Source: Glaucostegus cemiculus (taxonomy: Eukaryota). Taken from it: DNA of 64,000 nt. The notes under the pieces are model-generated. The model was not told the origin of the DNA. It did no database searches and saw only the letters and a list, made by a program, of their open reading frames with translations. The translations under genes were made by a program, and so were the position numbers. Shown here piece after piece: positions 24,433 to 35,750 of the stretch; the first letter of the stretch is position 1, and each line of letters starts with the position of its first letter. The DNA is taken from positions 3,410,001-3,474,000 of the forward strand of contig CDPCPM010000120.1 of the NCBI GenBank assembly GCA_976551045.1. The letters run 5' to 3'.

Positions 24433-26299
24433 TGGGCTCGGTCATAGATTGCCTGCCAGCACCTGCAGCAGTAACATACCTTCCATGTGTGGGTTTACTT
24501 CAAATGGTCCAGACCAGTTTTACCTTGTGCTAGCTATCCACAAAATTATGCCCACTGCTGAGTTGATAACAGCATGGGTAACACAGAGTTTGCTATGGTA
24601 CACTCATCAGAATCAACCAGCGAGGTTTAATTACACATCATGTTCCTTCTCACAGGCTATCCAATTTAGCTGCAGGAATTAAATTTGTAATCTTTCTGAA
24701 GTGCAATTTATCCATCTAATCACAATATAAATTTACTGAGCTATTGGGCAAAGGTTTGATAATGTGCATTGAGACAAAGTAAGGAGGAGTACAGTCCACA
24801 TGTTCCATCTAATACTGGTCTTCCTGCGTGCATGCTGTATTTGTATCTTATTCACATATATATTGTTGCAGTTGTTCTCAAAGCCATGTAGAATAGTGCA
24901 TTTTATCACAAAAGAAAATAATAGAGATTCTTTGCAACCATATTTACACTGAAAGCAGATTGCTTTTGCTTTGAGTTGACAATGAATTCAACTAATTTTT
25001 CTCAGTTGTTTGATGCACAGATATCCATATTAGTTGTACATGCAGAAGGGATGCAAATTTATAGAAATTGCAAAAGTATATTAAAGTACTCATTTTTGGA
25101 ATTATGGCCAAATTAACATGCATTATCTTTTTTATGAAATTTCATGGCAAACTTCATTTTTATTTTGTTAGTGCTATGAATTGCAGATTGGAAAAAAAGC
25201 AATTATTAATTTCTGGAGTCTTATTAAAAAAATTGGCATGAACAATTAATTGCTGAGTACAAATATTTGAATTTAATGTCAAATAATAAAATTAATTGCA
25301 TTCATGCAGGTAATAGCAATAATGGGTATGGGTCTGATTGTCAGCATTGTATTAAAAACCAGTTGTCCCGTTAGTGATGTTCTGACCCTGAATGCACAAT
25401 CACCTGTAATGCAAAATTCATACATTTAAAGTACAGCAGTGTCTTTTCATATGTAGACATGTTGTATCATAGCAACGTAAATGATGGCCTAGGTGCTGAT
25501 GATAACAAATGCCCTAGACACCAATGTGAACGTGTTTGTGCCACTTGGAGCACTGTCTATCAGTGCAACTTGCAATATTCTGTTCTTTCCTTGTAAATGT
25601 CTCATATTCCCTATTGTCTCAAATGCTGCCTTTTTCAATTTCAGCTTACTTTACACTCTTTCTCCATCGCTCCACTTTTTTAATGCCAGCTCTTACTAGG
25701 AACAATAACATCTTTTTCTCTTTTTTTTGGAGTTAAAATGATGGGACTATATTGAGACCATTTATGGAGCATTAGAGGTCTGATGTGAGGAATGACTGGA
25801 AAAGTTTGGTGTTTATAACACTGAAATGATTTAACTGGTGTTGTGACCATAAAGAGAAGTGTGAAAGATTGTAAGCTTTGTAGGCCACAAAGGCTGCATG
25901 CTATGATAGTAGTATAATAAGCCAGAGTTTTTTTCCTTTTAAAAAAACAGAGTATGAAAGATCTAAATCAGCATGATTTTGAAAAACAGAACATTAGTTG
26001 GCGGAGAATTAGTGAAAGGACTGAAATTAAGAAATTCCTTGCAGAATTCAAACTTAAGGACATAGAATAACGTAGTGCAGGCAAAAATGTTTGGAATGGT
26101 CTTAGAAACAATTGAAGGCAAAAATTGAAGTATATTTTCAATTCACAGTTGGGAGATATTCATTGATAAATAACATAATATTAGAAATATGTCAGTCAAA
26201 ATATCAAATTTTATTTAACAGTCAAGCATGAAGGTTAACTTTGGCTGCTGCTGAACACGTTTAAGCATTTAGAGCAACACAATGAGTTCTGTATTTTCT

Positions 26300-26526
26300 T
26301 CGTCCAACTCAGTTTTGCACTAATCCTGCACTAATTTTATATTCTGTATATACCATTTTTTGCACTATTTGTACTTGCAAAACTTTTTGTCTGCATTTAT
26401 TGTATGTCCTCAGCTCTATGTATGTCCTCAGCTCTATGTATGTCCTCTGTTGTGAGAGTCTGGGGAAAACAACGTTTCGTTCCTCCATGTGTTTTTATAG
26501 CATATGGGTGAATGACAATAAAGTTT
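26300..26526 (+). mobile_element. Rex-type LINE 3' UTR with an internal 18-bp tandem repeat
   Basis: Ends CGTTTCGTTCCTCCATGTG..GAATGACAATAAAGTT. The unit TATGTCCTCAGCTCTATG occurs ~2.5 times at 26401-26447. Confidence 0.55.
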
Positions 26527-27289
26527 AAAACTACAAATGCCCGCCTTGTTGGGAAATGTAAATATCTTTAATGAATTGTAAAATACAACCCGCATCTACC
26601 AAAATCATAACTTTTTTGGCACTTGTGAAGTTGAACCTTTGATAAAGTTTTTCCCTTCGAAAATATTGCACTGTTAGTAATGGAATGTTGGAACATTAAC
26701 ATCATTGTATCTCCAGTCTGATGTTCAGTATGTTCTCGCCGGTGGTAACAAACAGAAACCTTGATAATTTCTGCATTCATTTTGCATATCTTTTAACCAT
26801 GGTAAGAGAAAAAATTCCCAGAAAGAAGCAAAGATCATCATATTTAACAGATTAACATAATAAAGACAGGTTTACTTTCCTGCATCGGAAACTTAACGTG
26901 ATCTCTTAAGTAAACCTGCTTCCAAAAAATTAACAAAATATTTAAACACATCTGCTTTTTATTTTGATATTGCTATATATGATTTCAAACGGCAGTACAT
27001 AGGCTTTGATCTGATTTTAGTAAAGATCTCTCAACCCTTTGCTTCCAACAATCTTCGTTGAAAAGTGGTGTTAGTCAACTAATGTTCTGTTTTTCGAAAT
27101 CATGCTGATTTAGATCTTTCATACTCTGTTCATTTAAAAAATATCTGATTTGTGTTTGTGTAATTGTTGTTAAATTCTGTCTTTACAATGAAGGACTGAA
27201 ATCGGTTATAAAACTTAAACCTGTAATCAAGTTTGCCAGGGTGTCAAATAAGTAGACAATGTGCATCCCAGTAGTCACTGTGGTACCTG

Positions 27290-28545
27290 CTTTGTTCCTG
27301 CTGCTGGAGGTCTGCCCGTATCCACCATTCACCCTGGATCACAGGTATGTTCATACCATCCAGTGTCTCTCATACCATCACACCTCCCATCCTTCTTGTT
27401 GCGTCCTGACAACCACGCTAAATGCCATGTTCTTGACCTCCATCTGAAACTACATGGGCTCACTCTTTCTCAAAGCTCTCCTGGTCTATGGTTTCATTTT
27501 ATTCTTTGCTGCATTAGGTGCAGCAACAGAAGACTTTTTCCTTTCATGTGTCAAAGATTGTAGTCTTCAATAGATTTGAACTTCAAAGCCCATCTAACCT
27601 TTCTCCACTTCTTTCAGCTGACTGCATCCCTTAATCCTGTTTTACCCCTGGTATATTTTCACATCCTTTCCAATCTTCCCTTCTCTGATCCCAAACTATT
27701 AGTCCTCAGCAGAGGCCTCATCACCCTACCTCCCCATCTTAATGAATTCCAATCCTGACATGTCATCAAATTCTTCTTCCACTGCCTCTGCCTTTATGCT
27801 CAATCCTTTGGCTAGGAGTTTTTGTTCCAAACTGTGGACCTTTCCTCCCATCTCTAGAATTGCCAGTCTACGTTGATTCCTCCTTGGCCTCTTATTCTCT
27901 TTGCATCTGTTTATTGCTCATCATCTCAACCACCTTGATTATTCCACTGCACTTACGCACTCTAATTTACCCCCTTCTGAACTTGCAGCATTTTGTTCAC
28001 TAAGAACCAACCATGATATCATCATTATCAAACCTGCTGACAAGGAAGGTGCTGCTAGCATACCGACCTCTATCTCAGAGGCCAAACATCAGCTCTGTGA
28101 CACACCCCCATACTTCTCTCTGGACCGTGACCCACTTTGCCCTCTTCTACCTCCTGCCTCAGATCCATCGTCCCTCTACACTTTGTCCCATACCAGGATG
28201 GTCTGAATGTCCTCTGCATCTTTCTCGAACAGAGGTCCAACTAATCTCTCACCAACAATACACTCATTTGCCTGGCTGAACTTCCCCTCATTTTCTTTGG
28301 ATCAGAGGTAGAGTTATGGACATAAAATGGGTCCACCCTATCACTGTCTTTGTAGGGGGACACAAAATATCCTTTGTTTCAGTCCATTCAGAACTCCTCC
28401 TTTTCCCTGTAAGTAGTTCTGATGAGTGTTTTTTTTCTGCTGAAACATAACTTTGTTTCTCTATCCATAGATGTGGCCTGACCTGCTTGGTGTTTCCTTG
28501 TTTTTAATGATTTCATTTTCAGATTTTCAGCATTTGTGGTTTTTA
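27290..28545 (+). mobile_element. Penelope-like retroelement, decayed
   Basis: VLSRGL..LNEF and SNLPPSELAAFCSLRTNHDIIIIKPADKEG (PLE KPADKG motif); terminal CTCTATCCATAGATGTGGCCTGACCTGCT..TTTTCAGATTTTCAGCATTTG. Confidence 0.8.
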
Positions 28546-30024
28546 AAATTTTTGTTCACTTTTCATCTTTGGCATTGAATCATTCAGTATGTACAATTCA
28601 TGCCAGTTTTTTCACCCATGAATTTGCAATCTGTGAGATTTCACCAGTACTATCACTTACCTGACTGAAATTGTGTGTTGTCGTGTGAGCCCCTACCAAA
28701 GAAAATCACTTTAGAAAATGGCAGAACGTGAAAGGAAAGAAATTACCAACAGATTAAAGAATCTTTTTGAAACTAATCAATGGATGTCTAAGTACTGGCT
28801 GCAAGTTATTTTTTTACAATTTTCACGGAAGTGATTTAACCAAAAATGCTCTAATGGCCTGGAAGCTCCAAACAAATAGTTCTGCGGGTCAGTTAATCTT
28901 GGTATTACATATCAAAAACTGCGTAGCAGGATTCAATTTGACAGATGTAGGCATGAATGTTGGTTTTAAATTAGACAAGAGATAGTAAAGGATGAGTACT
29001 AAATGTCTAGAAGCTAGATTGCATAACACCCATGTGTATATTATGCATGAGTTGGGCTGGCCCACAGGAAGATCACCCTAGTGACCATTGCCAATAAAAT
29101 AGTGATCATCGAGAAAATGGAACAGGCATTTTGAGCACTATGCACATTAGCTCATCTGCCATTTTATCTGTCAACCATGCACCTAATGATATCACTTCTT
29201 GCACTACACCCAAATACATCTATGCCAACGTAAATTAGAGTTCTAAGGTGGCACCTATAACAGTTATGCAACAGTCTCAGTAAAGCTATTAGTACATCAT
29301 GCAAATCTATTGCTTGTTTCAATATTTAAACAAACACGCTGCTCATATTGGGAGACCTGACTGGGCAGCTTTAGGGCTGTCTCTAGATTGCTGACACACC
29401 CTCAAGTCTATAGACTGTGCTACAACACAATTTTTCCAGCAATTAGCTGCCAATACACTCCTTCAACTGATTTCTCAGTGGTGATACCACAGGCAGCACT
29501 CCAGTGCTAGAGGCTGCAGAATAGCCACTGCTGCCAATTTGGGGTGGGGTTGTGGACCTCTGGGCAGGAGGCAAAAGCATGTCTGTCAGTGAATATCCTA
29601 CTCCTACAGAGTCTTCAGAGAGATCAGATCCTGTCTTGACCTCTCTGAACATTGCATGTGTGCGCTTAGATTTTCCAAGGCTGTCATCACTGAGGTATGT
29701 GACATTCTGAGGGAATACCCTCAGCTGTGTTCTTGTGCCTGGACTTTGTAACATTGACTCCCATGTCTTTTCCATAGATATTACCCTTGAATCCTGATGG
29801 ATTCATGCTCTGTGAGACCAAACTACTAGATGTTTTCCACAACCGGTACTGGCCAGTAAGTTCAAGAAGTCCAGTCACACCAATATTGCCACGACAGCTC
29901 AGGCAATGCATACAGTAATCCTTTGCAAGACCTCATGCCCTCATCAATGAATGAATCCATGATCTATATACTGAAATGACTCATTAGAAAAGATTTCAGT
30001 GGTTTGCAGTTCATCAAGATGTAC

Positions 30025-30235
30025 CTTGCTAAGGACTGGAAATTTATTTCTGCATTGCCTGAAGGTGTGGACATTTTCACAGCCGGAGGAGATGATAGGA
30101 GCCACCTCCTGCCAAGCTCCTCCTGTGGTGTTCCCAGTGGGCCTCGTCCCCACAACCCCCCAGAAAACAGGACTGCTTCCTGCCATTTCTCTCAGTGATG
30201 AGAATGCCCAAGTCTCTTTCATTAAATCTGAGACC
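30025..30235 (-). pseudogene. Myb/SANT-like DNA-binding domain (Harbinger ORF2 / MSANTD type), frameshifted
   Basis: GLRFNERDLGILITERNGRKQ, frameshift, PVFWGVVGTRPTGNTTGGAWQEVAPIISSGCENVHTFRQCRNKFPVLSK, then a donor-like AAG|GTAC. Fits the pattern RF..LxxL..AWxEVA..RTxxQCRKKF. Confidence 0.75.
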
Positions 30236-31135
30236 TCATTTCCTCTCCCCTGTAGCCTCTCTCTCCTCTTTGGAACAATAATGGTATTGATGTCAGGTTG
30301 GCATAGGGAGTGTACCTCTAAAGGCTGATGGCCTTCTCAGATTGGTGAGCAGCAATGTGTTGTACTCTGTGTTTAGTGAGTGTGGGAACTGTGCAAGTCT
30401 CATGTTGCACATGTATCTGGTTGTAAACCACGCTAATGCTGTTTCAGATGTCTTCTTGGCCAATTTCACATTTTCTTTGCAGGGAAACCAAACAGCTTTA
30501 GCACTCCAAATTTCTAAGCAAACAACTTTTCTTTTTCAAACATATGCTTGTCTTTACAAGCTAATGTGTGCCTTTGTTAATTAAGTGTGGGATATTTTCA
30601 GTATACGTAGGAAGTATGTGAGTTGCTTACCTGTAATACAAATAGGTTGATACAGCTTTTGCTTATTGATGCCGCTCAATGAGCCACAACTGTTGCGGAG
30701 CATCGAAAATTTTGGAACAGAAGTTACATGCAAATGTGGGTTTAAAAATACAGTTGAATTTAGTACTACTTGAAAATAAAAGTTTGAAGTGCCATCACCT
30801 TTAATATTTAATATTATACACTTCCTTCACTGTTACTCTCCAAAACTTTCAACATTTTGTGTCCTATTTTGATGCTCATGGTTATTAAGAGTTAATCATA
30901 ATTCTCATCAAATCAGTGTTTCATAACTTAGACAATGGTGGTTGCAGGCATCTCAAGGTGTCTGAGTAAACCAGTTTCTTCTCAGCTGGTCGAAGACATC
31001 AAACAATGTATAAATTGTTTGGTACATAATTTTAAGTGGATCTGCCAGAGCAACAGTTCTTGGAATAACAAGTCAGTAGCATTTAATATTGCAATAGAAC
31101 CTCCACATCTGATATGGCTTATTGATCAGACTTGT

Positions 31136-31940
31136 TCAGAATCAGAATCAGTTTATTGTCACAACCATATATTTATAGGAGCGAGATACCGTACTCCACA
31201 GGCGCACGTCACATTAAACATTTAACAAAAGAGAGACACAGACAGAAAGAACTGAAAAACATTAGGACCATGAAATTAAATTATGCAACTTAACTAAATA
31301 GTCTTAAAGTGAGCGAACTGGCAGCAGACATTTAAAGTGCTGGTGTGTTTCTGTACGCCTAGCATCCTTTAGTGTTGGCGGGAGAGATGGAGGGATGAGA
31401 GAGTTCACAGATCTAATAGCTTGCGGGAAGAAACTATTACACAGTCTGGTTGTTCTCGCCCTGATGCACTTGAGCCTTCTTCCAGACAGCAAGAGTGTGA
31501 AGAGATGGTGGGAGGGGTGAGGAGGATCCAACATTATATTTTTGGCCTTCCTAACACATTGGTCCTTGTATATGTCTGCAGTGGAGGGTAGAGAGACACC
31601 TATGATCTTCTCTGCTGCCCTCACTATCCTCTGGAGGGACTTCCATCCAGCAGCTGAGCAGCTCCCAAACCAGACAGTGATGTAGTGAGTTAGGATGCTC
31701 TTGATGGTCCCTCTATAAAAAGTTTTCATTACAGAGGGATGGAAGTTCACTTTCCTCAGTCTCCGCAGGAAGTAGAGGCGTTTCTGGGCTTCCTTAGTGA
31801 GGGCTGTGGTGTTAGTGGACCAGGTCAGGTCATCAGTGATGTGCACCCCCAGGAACTTGGTGCTGCTGACTTGTTCTACCACAGACTCGTTGATGGTCAG
31901 CGGGGCATGCACACGGCAACCTCTCCTGAAATCAAAGCCC
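31136..31940 (-). mobile_element. Young 5'-truncated Rex-Babar LINE with an open RT C-terminal ORF (31304-31935)
   Basis: Stop-free ~210 codons DFRR..VEQVSSTKFLGVHITDDLTWSTNT..KEAQKRLYFLRRLRK..HPSHHLFTLLLSGRRLKCIRARTTRLCNSFFPQAIR; 3' end CAATAAA followed by a (CTGATT)n tail. Confidence 0.92.
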
Positions 31941-31944
31941 AAAG

Positions 31945-32045
31945 CATGAGCTCTGTTTTTTTCTCTCCACGGATGCTGCCTGACCTGCGGAGTGCTTACA
32001 TCATTATCAGATTTTGATTTTCAGCATCCACAGTATTTTGGTTTT
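31945..32045 (+). mobile_element. Penelope-derived terminal fragment
   Basis: CTCTCCACGGATGCTGCCTGACCTGCGGAGT..TTTCAGCATCCACAGTATTTTG. Confidence 0.7.
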
Positions 32046-35000
32046 GTGCTGCAGACACACTGGGTGGGTTTCTTGATGAAATAAAGCTGCTTCCCTATTT
32101 CTAATTCAATATTTTGTTAATGATGGCTCATGAGTTTGTGTTACCCTTTTCCACACTGTTTAGGAATAAATAAAGTCTCCTTTCCCATTCCTGATTAGAT
32201 AAATAAGGATACAATAACGTCTCAGCACTTCAACGAGCGATGAAATCAAAAAGGCCAATTAGCTAAACTTCAAAAAGTTCCTGCTTGCATAACTCTACCT
32301 GCTTGACTTTAAGCCAACAATGCACAGAAATAAACAGCATATGGGACTCATCAGATACGAAAACCACTGTCCACAAAATTACACCAGACCACACTACAAT
32401 AAAAAGACTCACGGATGGGTGTGCTGCATTCCTCCCAGGCATAGCTCCAAAGCCTGCAATTAGTCTATGCATTGGCAGACCCAAAAAACGTATTGTCTTA
32501 GCTGGTATATGATTATCTGTTATGATGCATTCTGATTCTGAGAGCCATTGTCTTTGGCCCTGGATCTGTGTGTAGTGCAGTTGTCTGGCAGAGACCCAGG
32601 AGTGGACTTTACATTTAGACTCTATGCCTGAGTGATTTCTGCAGTCTCTTGCCGGCTGGGTGAAATACAGAGTGTTTCTGCATGATTTCTTGAGTTGATG
32701 AGAAGCAATTATGCCTTAAATGAAGTCATTCATGTCTGCATTTTTGTTTGCATATTTTTCAGTGTTCACCTGTTATTAAACCAGTCTTTAACTGTAAGCT
32801 ACTTTCAAACACATTTTGTCTCCAACACAATTTTGTTATCAAAAGAAAACAATGTGCACTCACTGGATGTTTTTGATAAAAGTTAGCCAACCAGAAATTT
32901 AAATATGAAAAAGGTGTAATGTTTGACTACAGCCTGATATAAGATGTTGCAAGCCAAAAGAAAAGCAGTTTTGAGAGATTTAGGCTTTTTCTTTAAATCT
33001 TTGTATTGACTGCCGAATTTGGAATATATAAATCCAAGAACTGAAAATGTTTTGCTCAGTAGAAGGACACTTCCTCTTCTTTGAGCAGACCTCTGCATTC
33101 TGATGAGGTGTTATACAATCTTTTGCTTCTCTTGTTATTTAAAACTTGCATCAACCCTCGCATGCCAAAACCTGCCTAATTTTTATAAGCCTATATAACT
33201 TGTAGAATTTGAATGTGATAAGCAGACTGCTGGTTAAGATCTCTTATTTCTAATAAAAAAACAAATGGCCTCATAATAACTTAATTCAGTAGTATTTTAT
33301 TGAGGAGTGGTTTACCTTTAAAGCAATTTATTAAAGAGAGACAGCAATTTATTTCCTTAGGAGTTTATATGCCTAATAGGGTCTTTTATGATTGTGGTTT
33401 CCTAGGTGATGTTGAGCACATTGTACCTAGATAACATTGGTGTCATGAAAATGAATAAAGAAGATTAAAGTGCACCAAGCCACTCAAATTTACATGCCAT
33501 TACTGCTAATATTTCTCATTAAATGCCCACATTTTTTGTTGCAATTCCTTGCAGCCATAATTTTCTGAATCTGTTGTTGTTCATATCATTCATAATAAGT
33601 GTGATTTATTTGCCACCTGCAATAAGAAATTAGCTTTTCCATCTTAATAGAATATTGGATTGGAACCTGATTTAGATACTTTTTAGATTATCACTCCCAA
33701 TATCAGTTATTAAATAAAAATGCTCTGAGGCTATGAAATATATACGCTCCAGTCTAAACAGAAATATGAAGCATTAAACGCCCATGAGACAAGCACACAA
33801 AAGGGGAACGTGAGCCAAAGTTAAGTTTGAGAAAGAATTATTTTGAAGATCACTGTTGGTCAGGACAGAAACTGCATAAAATATGAACAATAGCTTTGCT
33901 TTGGCTCTTCAAGCTGCTGTTAAAAATGGAAAGAATTGAACTATGAATGGCAGTTAGTTGCCTGACTATTATCTGCGACCAGTGAGCAGGAGGTAGTGCA
34001 TTGGAGGAGGACTGTGTTAAGGTGACCCCTGCTGTCCACTTAAGGAGCTGCAGACTGTGCAGCGTCATGATTCTGCAACTAGTACAGTGCCTGTTTTAGA
34101 CGTGCTTCTCTCACCTGTGACCCCAGGACCACTGGCCTTCTTCACCCTCCATTGCACATTTCCAAAGACTCATCCTTACCTGACTGGTAATTTGCCTCAA
34201 CATCCACTTCCTGTGGCAAGTCCCTCCACCTGCTCTGTGGTGCCAGGCATGGATTTTTGTTCCCCTCTCAACAAAGGTTTTTATTTCATTCTCTTTCCCG
34301 GCAGGGCTCTATAACGACCTATGCAGTCAAAATTGATTTCTGAATTCCAAGGCCATGACTGGAATAGCCAGGTTTAGCAGGATTATTTTGTACTGATGAT
34401 TCTTTGTTGTAGAATAAGATATCAATAAAAGCAATTGTTCTTTGCTGAAGGTATGTAACAATTAAAGGCAGAATTGAATTATGTTCATCTAAATATATGT
34501 GTCCACAATACAACAAATAATTACTTTAAATCCTGTGTTCTAAAACCCAGATAATTTTCTTTATCCCATTGTCCCAGAAATTCTTCCAATCACCATATGT
34601 AAAAGAGCTTCCAGGCCCAAGTACCTCCTGATGACTTGAGATCCTAGATCCCCTTTAGCTAACTCTCTGACATTTCCATGAACTACACGCCTGAAACGTT
34701 ATACAGTAATTAATGTTGATCCTAGCACACACGCAGCCTGCAGTACAAATTAGGATGGAAAAGGTTATCATAATATTTTGCTAGTCCATTTGGCAGAGTT
34801 GAGCAGCTCCCTGTGGGAGATGAGTAGCAACTGCATTTTGAAGTTTGTTTTGGGACTATGCACTTTCAAGCTGACTGTTAGTTTTTGAAACACTTTAACT
34901 AAAAAGAAACTTTAAGTGAAACTGTTGACATGGTCATCATTTTCAGCATATTGGGTTCCTTAGAGATTGCTTGAATTGTAACGATGTCAACAGCAAATGT

Positions 35001-35344
35001 ATCATGTCACGGTCAAGTAAAGTGGCAGGAATTGGAAACTACAAAACCAACTGAATTCCATCACCATGACAAAAAAACAACTCAAAAGAGTTCAATTCCA
35101 GGTACAACCAACAGCTGGAACTCCTCTGGCTATCAATGATGTCTGAGAAAACACCCAGAGACTAAATAATTTAGATTAAATATTTCTGACCTCTATAATT
35201 GTTTAAGAGTAGTATTCAGTCACCAGCTGAAAGAGGTCAACCAGCTGTGGAACAAAATTTAAGCCACAATTGTTTGGAAACTTAATCCATCCACTCTCCA
35301 AATGTAAGATTATTATGGGGCTGTTAACATTTTCTACGTTGACA

Positions 35345-35750
35345 AGAACACAAGAACCTTAGAAATAGGAACAGTAGTAGGCCATTCGGCCCCTCACACC
35401 TGCTCCACCATTCAGTCAGATCACTGCTGATGTTTTACATCAGCATTACGTTCCTGTACTAATCTCATTTCCATTTATTGCCTTAATATTTAAACATCTG
35501 TTGATCTTGGTCATGAATACACTCAGTGATTGAGCTGTCACAGCTCTCGTGGGCAGAGAATTCCAAAGGTTCAATCTTTTGGGTGAAGAAATTTCTCTAT
35601 GCTGAAGGGCTGGCCCCTCATTTTGATGCTGTGAGTCCTGGTTATAGACATCCCAGCAAGGGTAAATACCCAATCAAGCCCCGTCAGAAGTTTGGAGGCT
35701 TCGATGAGATCACCTCTCATTCTTCTAAACATGAAAGAGTTTAGGCGTAG
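35345..35750 (-). mobile_element. CR1 LINE 3' end
   Basis: Reverse tail AAGAACACAAGAAC..GAAATAGGAACAGTAGTAGGCCATTCGGCCCCTC; minus peptides FRRMRGDLIEASK and LNLWNSLPTRAV. Confidence 0.85.

Larger units (their letters stand above)
21855..24553. mobile_element. Decayed PIF/Harbinger DNA transposon (transposase and Myb genes, convergent)
   Basis: Right end CAAAATTATGCCC (24541-24553); weaker left end GGGCTGCAAAGTTG (21855). Interior holds a HARBI1-like transposase on + and a Myb-like remnant on -. Confidence 0.7.

Noticed and set aside
22380-30235. Transposase at 22-24 kb and Myb at 30 kb as one 8-kb Harbinger element
   Set aside because: The first element has its own Myb remnant and a TIR-like end at 24553, and unrelated unique DNA lies between the two.
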